From Cycas panzhihuaensis (taxonomy: Eukaryota; Plantae; Cycadophyta), in contig CM041465.1 in NCBI GenBank assembly GCA_023213395.1, forward strand, positions 119,481,741-119,545,740: a stretch of DNA of 64,000 bases, written 5' to 3'. The translations under genes and the position numbers were made by a program. Position 1 is the first letter of the stretch; each line of letters opens with the position of its first letter. Shown here piece after piece: positions 13,794 through 24,000 of this stretch. The notes beneath the pieces were generated by a model. That model saw only the letters and a program-made list of their open reading frames with translations, had not been told where the DNA came from and searched no databases.

Positions 13794-16380
13794 TGAAACG
13801 CTCGCTACGGGGCGGTGTCCCTACGTCTAGCAAAAGGATATAAGAATACGCTATGCTAACTAAGTTAGGCAGCGAGGACCTCACCTCACAAGGCGTCCGT
13901 GTGCCGGAGTGCAGATTCAGGACTGCAAGGTGCCTAGTTGCTTTCAGGTAGCCGTGTAAAGCAAGGCCTTCCTACCTTTCAGATGGCCAGGAAGGAGAGA
14001 GAATGCCTTGCGCGTTGCGTCTTCTCAAGGCAATGAAAAGGCAACGAATGAAAGGGAAACTAACTAATGTGTAGGTGAATGCAGGAAAGGGCGCAATGAG
14101 GGCAGCTCAAATACGATGCGAGCAAGCTATCTACGCTATGCTACTCTAGATAAAGCAAGAAATGATGTAAAGAAAATGAATGCACTTTCCCTTTTTCCTT
14201 TATATTCCTTTATAATTTCCTGACTACTCAGGCAAATGCATGAAAGGTAGTAATGTAAAAGGGGATACATGGGAAACAAGGGGAATACCTGGATCCAGCG
14301 CCTAAATGGAGTGCAACTTGTCTCTCTGAGTCCCGCTCCTTTCTTCTCTGTTTGTCGTGCATGCGTTGCTGATCGGCGGTAGTTGCCAGAAGCAATAGAA
14401 GAGGGGTTTACTTACCTCCCCATAAACATGCAAAAGCAAATAAAACAGAAAGAAACAAAAAGCTTGAAACCAAAGAAAGAAATGCACTACTTAGGGAACT
14501 AACCTACAACGGGCTCATCCCACGTATCACTCCACCAATGCACGGTCCTGCAAATGGGTGAGAAGAACACCTTCCTCTCCGAAGAGAGGCCACGAGATAT
14601 ACCAAAATATATATATATATACTGAAATCAAATGGAACTAAGATCTATGCTAAGCATCGAAATATAACTGAATGAAATAACAACATACAAGAAATGCTGT
14701 CACCACCATACACCACGAAGACACTCGAAAGGGAAAGGAGTATAGCCTCGGGATGGCTAACTTACCCATGGGAGACCTCCATGGAACTCAGGAAGGAAAA
14801 CCAGTTAGCAATAAGGTAGTGAAGCAACAAACCGTAACAAGGAAAAGAATAACAGAAAAAAAACTGGGGCTTACGTAGGGCCCAACACCAACAGGTGAGA
14901 CTTCTGGCAATGACATAGTGACGGGTTACTTATGCTAGTCTGAGCACCCTAACTAAGTTCCCTAAATTCCCTTAACCCGTTCCCTAAGAAAGCGCTGATG
15001 GCAAAGGGAAAGAGGACAAGGGACATAACCCTTTGGGAGAAGGACAGCAATGGGGGGTGGAACCCCGCCTACCTCCCTCAAATCCTCGTATGTTACTCCT
15101 TTGCACCAGCTAACTAAGGAAGGGGTGAAAGAGATAGTTTAAGGAAAATAGAGAGGCTTCAAGGAAACAATGGGAGGGTATTACTAATCCAGTGTAACAC
15201 TATGAGGAAAAGCTAGCTAATTAAGATCCCATTCATTAACAAACAAAAGAAATATGAATAAAATGGATTGCAAGTAGAAAATAAGAAGTACCTCATAGGA
15301 AGAAGATCAATCATGAACTTTGCTGCTAGGAGACAGCAGTAATGACCAACATATGAGGACTGATCATGAGTGGTTCTTACAAGAGTGAGAATGAAGAAAA
15401 CTCCTTACAAGCTTGGAGCCTTAGAAGTTGGCTCTTTGGGAAGCTTTTGGGTGAAAATGCCACTTAGATCCTTGAGCACCTGTAAAGAAAGATGGGGCTT
15501 GCTATGGAGAGCTGTAGGGGGTAGCAATGGCCCTGCAAGTCCAGCTGATAGCAATCATTTTCTCCTTTGTCTAGTTGCTGTGTATGTAGATTATCTTTTT
15601 CTGTTTGTTTTCTTGTTGAAAAAATTAGAAATTCTTCCAAGAGATTTAAAAAATGGACAAAAGATCCAAAAAATGGGGAGCAAAATCCCCTTTATCCCCT
15701 TGTTCACAGCAAGTAAACATTGGGGATGTCAGGGTGACTCGAATCAATCAACGCCATGCGGCAGTTCCACAAAAAAATAGAAACTGTCGCGTGGTTCTCT
15801 TTTTTTCTAATTTCAAACAAATATATCATGACAAACTCTACCAGATCGCGAAGAAATGCCGTCATCGCTAAGTTTATAGTGGTATCCGACTGGAAATAAA
15901 AAAGAGAAAAAATAAGCAGAAACATCAGGTTTTGGGGTAAAAACCAAGGTTAAACATAAGTTAGAGCAGCTGGGGGAATGTCCAGGTAATGGGCAGGTAC
16001 CCAAAATAATGCAAAGAGTCCTAACTAAGGATTAAATCAGGCTTAAGAAGGACTGCAACATAAGCAACATGTTGTAACAGGAGTAAACAGAGCTGACGAA
16101 AACATCCCGGGAGACCGTAGAGACAACGTGGGTGGCTGTGCGACATACATGGTGTAGAATTCGCTGAGGAATGCCCCCGCTGTGAGTCGTCATAGGCTGA
16201 TGGTATGCCGTAAGCATATGCATTATGAGCAAGTAGAAAAGCAATGTGTGCAGGCAGGCATATGTCAAGCAACCTACTCTAAATAACCTCAATCAAGCAT
16301 GGGCAAGAAAAGGTAAGAAAATATACCTGAACAAACCTGCGTCGATGCGTCTCGAGTCCATTCCCAGTAGCTGGGAAACA
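13794..16380 (-). repeat. 3' LTR (2587 bp)
   Basis: Direct repeat of 27809-30367 with TG/CA termini. PPT abuts at 16381. Confidence 0.95.
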
Positions 16381-16390
16381 CTACCCCCTT
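16381..16390 (-). promoter_or_regulatory. Polypurine tract
   Basis: Minus strand AAGGGGGTAG immediately before LTR start TGTTTCCC. Confidence 0.85.
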
Positions 16391-16462
16391 GGCAGCAGAG
16401 CCTCACTGCTCAGAAGCATAACATGATGGTGAATGCTGACAATCAAAGATATGAGTAACACA

Positions 16463-16465
<3 letters not shown>

Positions 16466-16500
<35 letters not shown>
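16466..16500. repeat. (TA)n microsatellite between aRH and PPT
   Basis: Visible directly. Confidence 0.95.
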
Positions 16501-16502
<2 letters not shown>

Positions 16503-16769
16503 CAATAAAGAGCAGCACGTGGACCAAGGGCGTAGGTAAGTGTCATGGCGGAACGCGTGGACAAGGGAGACGGAGACAAGGACAACATAGGGGCTGTCTA
16601 CGCGTCGTCTAACATTAACCTGTAAATGAAATAAGCAAGTAAAAGGGGATGCCCCCATTGTCGAAGAGCAACGTGAAGTAGGAGGGCATCCAGTAAATAG
16701 AGCAAATATATCGAACTAACATCAACCAAAGACTGTGCATGGGCCGTGCAAGCCTCGGGGCTGCTATCT

Positions 16770-17181
16770 GAAGAGGGAGGCGATGCTCAAGGATGAGGTG
16801 GACGAGGCTGTTGGCCTCAGCATTGAGGTGCCTAGGGATATGATGAATATCCACTGACGAGAAACAAGCTAGAAGAGACCTGGCAGCAGACATGAGGGTT
16901 CTCAGGTGGGGGCATCGCACTTGGTAAACCTAGGTGAGATGGGACACCACAACTTGAGAATCACAAAGCAACACAATGGATCTGAGATGGAAACATAGAG
17001 CATCGGTAAGGGCTTCAATAACGGCTATGTACTCAACTTCATTATTAGTTGCCTCATGAAGAAAGACCTCAGAATATAAGAAATCATGTCCAGAGGGGCT
17101 GCAAAGAATCCACGCAGTGGCAGAAGGTCCGAGGTTGCTGCGACTTCCACCATTGGCGAAAACGAGAAGGGAAATGCCTGA
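16770..17181 (-). pseudogene. Stand-alone archaeal/bacterial-type ribonuclease HI (aRH) domain
   Basis: One frame: SGISLLVFANGGSRSNLGPSATAWILCSPSG..LHEATNNEVEYIAVIEALTDA..SIVLLCDSQVVVSHLT*VYQVRCPHLRTLMSAARSLLACFSSVDIHHIPRHLNAEANSLV. This matches the RNase HI motifs DGxSRxNPGP, TNNxAEY, DSxLVV and IPRxxNxxADxLA. The first and last catalytic Asp are Asn (GCCGA>GCCAA), and there is one TAG. Confidence 0.9.
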
Positions 17182-17700
17182 ATACTAAGCTCTGGTAGCA
17201 AACTAATAGTAGTGAAAGTAAAAGAAAGACTCGAATGGCAAGGAAAAAAGTGGCCGAGAAGGGTAGGAGGACCTAACAATGAGGTTATCCGAGAACGAGA
17301 GCAAGCAATTCAGCCATTGGCTGAGAGTGGGCAGAGAAAAGATGCCCTGGAGTGCCAAAGGTTACTTTGGGAAGCAAAACATGCCCCCAGACGGGGGAGC
17401 ACTCCCTTTGGAGACCCCAGGGGTGAAAAAGGGCTGCGGAAATGAGGCCAGGGTGGCAAAATAAGCCAAACGAGTATAAACTCAGGCACACACAGGAGTA
17501 GCGCACAAAACGATATAGAAGGGCCCTGGCAAAAGTACGATAATGAGGCGCCACAAATACCCTTACAAGGGAGGGCAAAAAGGGCATCACTAGAGCACAA
17601 TAGGCAATAGGGCCAGAAGGCAAAGGCTATCAGGGCAACGAGACGATCCCAACGATCGTCATGAGCCGTAACGGAAGAAGTGCCCGTCGGGGCCCCCGCC

Positions 17701-17707
17701 TATATAA
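17701..17707 (+). promoter_or_regulatory. TATA box of the antisense PMD gene
   Basis: CCGCC-TATATAA-GG after a GC-rich block, about 28 nt before a TTCATTTT initiator-like site and 71 nt before the ATG at 17772. Confidence 0.65.
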
Positions 17708-17771
17708 GGAAAACGAATGAAAATTGGATTCATTTTCACCGGCTCTCGTATGAAACCAGAGCCTTTTCCTT

Positions 17772-20253
17772 ATGATGCAGAGTGCTACCCAACTTCGGAG
17801 GCATGCAGGAGATGATCCAACCATTGGATCCGAGCGCAGTGAGAGTCATTATGACCAGAGAGATGAGATGGCGATGGTCAGGCCAGATTCAGTGAGTGGA
17901 TCTCACGAAACCTTCCCCATTTCGAAGTTCAAAGTTTATTGCTTTTTAGTTAATTTTAATACATTTTTATGCCCCTTATAGGCAATTGGATGCCTCTCGG
18001 AGTCCAAATTGGACCCAGAAAGAGATGGGGATCTAGGCATTAGAGAGCCCTAGTCCCAGTGGGCCCCACAGGGGTCCACCACAAAAATTTTGGGGATTTT
18101 CTGGGCTGAAACCCTCTTTTTTAGGGGGTTGCCATTCATACCGCAGCCAAGATTGTGGCACCGCGATCTTGGCCGCATGATCGCTATAGGAAAGCGATCA
18201 CCGCGGGACCCACTCCAAATTTAGCGGTATCGCTAAATTTGGAGCCAGACACGTAAAAATAAAAAAAAACTAGAAAATGGGCCACCCTAAAATTAGAAAG
18301 AGAGCTAGGAGCCTAGATGACTGCTAGGAGGCTGACCTTGACTGACTTTTGATGATTGCAGGCAGTTATCGCGGTGGATAACCGCGAGAACGTCGGCATG
18401 CCGATACTGAGTTACTTGGAGATGGCATCCCAAGAGGACAAGGCGACTCTTAAGAGGTGTGGCCTATACAAGGCCCTCAAGACCCCCTAGTTCACGTCAG
18501 ACCAGAGGCTTCTAGTTGACATCGTGTCACACTGGGACAAGAGGAGGCATATATTTCACTTGCCTCAGATAGGTGACGTCACTATCACCCCAAGAGATAT
18601 CAGGCAGATTTTGGGGGTACTAGCGACAGGGAGGCCAGTGAGGCTGGGAGCGCTGCCTAGCACCGAGGTAGCACATAGGGAGGTAGCCCAGTTTTTCACA
18701 GGGACCGACAGGTGGGAGCAGAGGGGAGCTGCCCTCCAGACTATGCTCATGTCCAAGATTCCTCGGGTGAGGAAGTTGATATTAGTATGCATTCTGTTCT
18801 AGATTTCCTGGAAATAGAACTACAGGGAGATCCCCGGAGGTTGGGTGGATGTAGTGCGCTGGTGTGAGGCTGGCGAGAGGATGGATTGGGCTACTCTAGT
18901 TGCGGCGAACCTTGTCGCCTAGCTAGACACCATCCAGAGATCCGACAGAGGAGGGTTCTCTTATAGCACACTATTGCAGTGCTGGTTTTTTGACCATTTT
19001 GCGGTAGTGGCACCAACAGGGGGGCCATTCCCCATAGCAGAGTGGGCCCCGATGGCCCACAGATGGCAAACGTGGCTCCGAGGGACAGAGGATCAGGCGC
19101 ATGTCCATCGGTCAGTCGATGCGACATCATTCAACCTCCTCACTCTGACAGATTATATAGCAGAGCCCTATAGAGCAGAGAGGTAGGGGAGTAATAATGG
19201 AGTGGGCAGAGCAAGATCACCCATCGACGACGATGATGACAATGATAGCGATGGTGATAGCGGTGACGACGGTGATGATGGAGGGGATGGGGCTGGCCCA
19301 TCGCGACCTGTAGGAGAGGCAGGTCTATCACAGTCAGTAGGAGGAGCAGCAGGACTATCCGGGACTGCCGGAGGAGGGGCACGCCCATCAGGAGCTGCCG
19401 AGGTGAGCAGGGTACCAGAGACCGGGGGTCGCAGATTACGGATCGTGAGGAGATCCGGAGAGGCAAGGGTCGAGCCAGTCCCTGTTAGGGGCGAGGTAGA
19501 GGCAGAGGATGTACCTGAGGACGAGGTACCTACAGCTGGCGGAGGGCCAGGAGACGAGGATGTCACCCAAGCAGAGGAGCCGGCGGCCGTGGCAGGTGAG
19601 ACCTAACCGTTTCCTTAGTCGTTTGACATCTAGATAGATGCTTGATTTCCTTTTATTATGGTATGCAGTGAGGATATACACTGACACACGACATGTTACA
19701 TTGACAGGTGTAGCAGAGGTCCAGAGACTAGTGGAGGCCATGGTGAGGGAGATGTTCCCTCAGGTCTACGCAGAGGGGTAATCGCCCATCCAGGCAGAGG
19801 ATGTGCCTAGGTCGGTAAGAGCCCACATGCAGGCATTTGCCCCACTGGTGAGGGTGAGAGACATCTGGGTTGCAGAGACCCAGGAACACATGGCATTCCA
19901 AGGGCAGCCACAGCGAGAGCTCAACGTGGCCAAGGGCGAGTGGGATGAGTCCAGGCCTTAGAGGCTTAGAGTGGACTAGGAGGAGATGCGGGGAACAACA
20001 TCTGTATAGCAGTACTAGAGGAGCGCCTCAAGGCGACAGAGGAGAAGTTTCAGAGTATGGAGGAGGGACTCCAGGGAGAGAGGGATCACATCCAGGTTCA
20101 ATACGACCAGCTAGTGGCGCAGATGGTCTTGAGGTCGAGCAGGAGCCAGACCCACACACATACAATCTACGACCCGAGATGGCCTCGATGAGGGGAGCGA
20201 GGCAGGCCTGGGGAGCTCAAAGGGATGTGGTCCCCAGGAGAGGGATCACATAG
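17772..20253 (+). pseudogene. Three-exon Plant Mobile Domain (PMD / aminotransferase-like, MAIN-like) gene, antisense to gag-pol; exons 17772-17891, 18362-19595, 19669-~20253
   Basis: Exon 2 holds DQRLLVDIVSHWDKRRHIFHLPQIGDVTITPRDIRQILGVLATGRPV and LQCWFFDHF (PMD signature LxxLVERW..THTFHLP.GE.TITL.DV..ILGLP..G.PV; LQ.W..EHF). Intron 1 is GTGAGT...CTGAC...TTGCAG (phase 0) and intron 2 is GTGAGA...ATGCAG (73 bp, phase 1); both join in frame. Exon 2 stays in one frame with only in-frame stops. The 3' end is approximate because of frameshifts. Confidence 0.85.
18143..18244. repeat. Three adjacent CpG-rich inverted repeats in PMD intron 1
   Basis: 18143-18176 (16-bp arms, 13/16 matched), 18178-18200 (TGATCGCT/AGCGATCA, perfect), 18213-18244 (CTCCAAATTTAGCG/CGCTAAATTTGGAG, perfect 14 bp). 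Confidence 0.9.
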
Positions 20254-20418
20254 ACTAGGGGATGGCACCCCAGGATCAGGACAGCAATAAATGAGATGTA
20301 TATATAGTTTTGATGGGAAAGCACAGGCCTCCAGGGGGTCATATGTAGGCTCACATGATTGTACCCCCCCTGCAAGGATCCCGGCTTCCCACATGCACGA
20401 TGTACCATGACATTTTTG

Positions 20419-20475
<57 letters not shown>
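20419..20475. repeat. Compound (AC)n(AT)n microsatellite
   Basis: Visible directly. Confidence 0.95.
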
Positions 20476-20480
<5 letters not shown>

Positions 20481-21000
20481 ATTGGAACCCCATTTTGACA
20501 TGAAATCGTGCATATCATGTATGATAGAGATAACATGTATGATTTACTTTGTAAATGAATATTTTTTGTATGTTGTAAATGTAAATATGTAAATATGTTT
20601 TGTTGTAAATATTTGGTTATAAAATGCATGTGTTTCTTTCCATGTATAGCTATATGTCTAACAGGAGTACACACGTCCACCATAAGCAGAGGTGATCGAG
20701 AGGTGTAAGGTTAGAAATAGAGCGACACGCACGTCCACAGAGGAGCATAGCAGAATATGTGAAGGAAACAACAGGCAGGAGAGGGGAGTGACGATACTCC
20801 ACAGCGTCATCCTAGTAAGAGAATGCCCAAATAGGAGGACAAGGGTTCCCGAGAGGATACGGGAACACAGGAGGAACCAGAAGACAAAGCGAAAATCCAT
20901 CTTAAATTACCATTCTACCCGTGGTTGGGAGGAATGGGAACAATTTAAAATGGTAGTTTAGGCTCGTTTCAGAGCATGGCAGAGAAAAAGAGCAGAAAGA

Positions 21001-24000
21001 TCACGCGTAAAACTTCTTAAGGAATTTTTCATTGACTACTTTCTCAAATTCTAAGCCTTCTAAGGTGGCAATCCTGTATGCACCGTTATCGAGGCTTTCG
21101 AGAATGACGAAGGGGCCTACCCATTTGGGCCCGAATTTGGCCAAGCGATCATAAAGGTACTCCAATTTGAGGATGTGGTCCCCGGGGCACAAAGGATGAG
21201 CACAAAGATGTTTGTCGTGTGTCCTTTGCAAGTGGGCTTTTGAAGCAAGGTTCGCTTGATAAGCCGTTAAGCACCTCTTATCTAGGGCTTCGAGGTCTGG
21301 GAGGCGAGCCTGGCAAATAGACTCCTCGTTAATGAGACCTCAAAGGGAAACTCGAAGAGAGGGGATCTCCACTTCCAGTGGGAGTATCGCCTTGGTTCTG
21401 TAGACTAACGAGAATGGGGTCATTCCAGTAGCCGTGCGGATGGAAGTGCGATAAGCCCAGAGGGTGGAAGGGAGTTGGACATGCCAATCCCTTTGAGATT
21501 GGGCAACGGTTTTTCTTAAAATGCTGACGAGCATTTTGTTGAAGGATTCAACTTGCCCGTTTGCTTGGGGGTAATAAGGGGATGATGTCTTATGCGAGAT
21601 CTTGAATTTCTCACACAATTTGTCCATTTCCTTATTACAGAAGGAAGTTCCATTATCCGTGATTAGGATATCTAGAATCCCGAAACGACAGATAATATGC
21701 TGGTAGACGAAGGTGGCTATCATCTTACTAGGGGTAGTGGACAGGGGGATTGCCTCTACCCATTTAGTGAAGTATTCGGTAGCAGTTAAGATATATTTAT
21801 GTTGTGCGAAAGATGGCGGTGATATAGCCCCAATGAGGTCTAAGCCCCATTGAGAAAAGGGCCATGGAGACACGATAGGGTGCAACGCCTCGGAAGGTAC
21901 GTGAGAGACATTGGCATGCTCCTGGCATCACCGACATCTAAGGGCATAAGCGTGGACGTCCTTGAACAAGGACGACCAGTAATAACCCATGCAGAGGATC
22001 CTTTGGGCCATGGATTGGCCCCCAAAGTGGCCCCCATAAATGCCATGATGGCATTCGTGGAGTATTTGGTCCGCTTCGTCAGGAGTGACGCAACAAAGCA
22101 GGATCCCATCAAAAGATCTCTTGTACAACACTTCATCCACAAGGAAGTGTTGCCTAGTAGTGGCGTAGATATGCGACCTAACCTTGTTACTAGCTTCAGG
22201 GCGACATTCTTACTGAGTCAGATATCGCACAATATCACCATACCACTCGCTGTCGGTGAGTGGGTGGGGAGAAGCATCATGGACGGTCATGATAGACTCG
22301 TCCGGGAAAGAGTCGTCAACAGGAACGCCACTCGCATTAGGAATGGTAGCATCAGCTAACTTCTCTGCTACTATTATTCCCTTCTTTGACTTCCTGTTAA
22401 TGACTTGCAAGTCGAACTCTTGAAGCGGTGACTACCAACGACCGCCTCCCTACCCATCAAGTCCGAACGAGTAAGTAAGTAACGCAAGGGATCAGATTGA
22501 ATGATCACCTTAGTTGTATTACCGAGCAAGTAATGCCTAAACTTCTTGGTCGTATGGACCAAGGAGAGGCATTCCTTTTTGGCATGGGGATAGTTTAATT
22601 TAGTGGCAACGAGAGTGCGGCTGATGAAATAAATAGCCCTCTCAGTTCCTGAATCATCCTCCTGTGCAAGCATTGCGCCCAGGGATTCGTCGGTTGTCAA
22701 GGTGTATAGAATGAAGGGCCTATCAAAACGAGGAGGCGCCAGTGTAGGGGCGGAAACGAGAGCTTTCTTGAGTCCTACGAAGGCCTTTTGGGTCTTGTCT
22801 GACCAAACAAAAGGGGTTTCTTTCTTCAATAGGTTCGTAAAAGGCTTGGCGTTTATGGCAAAATTTGCCAACAAACACCTCAGAAAACCAAGTCTGCCTA
22901 GAAACAACTTAATTTGTCATTGGGTCCTAGGCAGCGGCATGTCAAGGATTGCCTTGACTTTTTCCAGATCGATTTGGATTCCTTGTTGGGACACGAGGAA
23001 ACCCAAGAGTTTGCCTAAAGTGATGGCAAACACGCATTTCAGCAGGTTCAGGCTAACGTGATACTTGCGGCATCTTGTGAAGATGGCATGCAAGTCAGAA
23101 GGATGATGGGCTCTGGTACGTAAAGGCCCATCATATCGTCCATGAAAACCTTTAACGTATTGTTGATGAGGTCGTGAAAGATAAAATATATGGCTCTTTG
23201 ATAAGTAGCCCCTGCATTCTTAAGACCAAAGGGCATTGCCTTGTAGGCAAAGGTACCCCATGACGTAGTGAAGGCCATCTTATGGCGGTCTTCAGGAGAA
23301 ATCTGAATTTGGTTATAGCTGGAGAAGCTATCCATTAAGGATATTACTTCGAATCCAGCCGTACGATTAATTATTTGATCAATGAAGGGAAGAGGAAAGT
23401 TGTCCTTAGGACAAGCATTGTTTATATCGCGAAAATCGACACAAATACAAATGGTCCCATTCTTCTTAGTAACAGGAACGATATTTGATACCCACTTAGG
23501 GTAATCGATGGAAGAAACGAGTCCTGCATCCAGAAGCTTCTCAACCTCCATCTTAATGGCAGCTGAAAGCTTCGGGTGAAGGGGACACTACTTCTGACAT
23601 ACTGGGCGAGCATCAAGAACAGTCATAAGGTTATGTGTGATGATGGAGGGGTCAATGCCCTTCATATCCGAGTAGTCCCATGCGAATACATCATGGAATT
23701 CCTGGAATAGGAGGGAGTATTCCCTCACTTCATCAAGAGTACATTCCGCTCCTACCTTGATGATCTTGTCCAGGGTAAAGACTATGTCCTGAGTTGCCCC
23801 CATGCACATAGCATTCCCCTCCTCGAAATGGAGGGAGGCAAGATTGACCAGAAGAGAGGAAACGGAAGAAGGGATCGGATCAGCTAATGTGGACCCAATC
23901 GCTAAGACCTTCTGGTGGCCAAGCTTATGGTGACCAGGAGGCAAACTGGGCATGGAACCTGTTAAGTGCTCCAACAAAGCCTCATTATCTTCGAAGTAGT

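Noticed and set aside
15370-15780. 136-aa ORF, echoed by ORFs 29375-29917 (+) and 29275-29712 (-)
   Set aside because: Lies within the LTRs, so the duplication is expected. Lengths differ, no domain is recognisable, and it overlaps the putative TATA/R region.
16770-17181. Bacterial contamination or recent horizontal transfer of RNase HI
   Set aside because: The domain is inside a TSD-bounded plant retrotransposon and shows plant-type CpG decay; archaeal-type RNase H is known in plants and Tat elements.
17982-18120. Extra acceptor-like TTATAG at ~17981 within PMD intron 1
   Set aside because: No convincing downstream donor, and exon 1 already joins exon 2 in frame without it.
18143-18244. 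tRNA, CRISPR or miRNA interpretation of the hairpin cluster
   Set aside because: No cloverleaf or A/B boxes, no repeat-spacer periodicity, and stems too short for a plant pre-miRNA.
19140-19566. Pro/Ser/His-rich minus-strand ORFs
   Set aside because: Shadow frames of the GC-rich, acidic part of PMD exon 2.
20167-20683. ORFs with YIYI/CVCV runs resembling membrane or env-like peptides
   Set aside because: Translations of the (AC)n(AT)n microsatellite; no evidence for an env gene.
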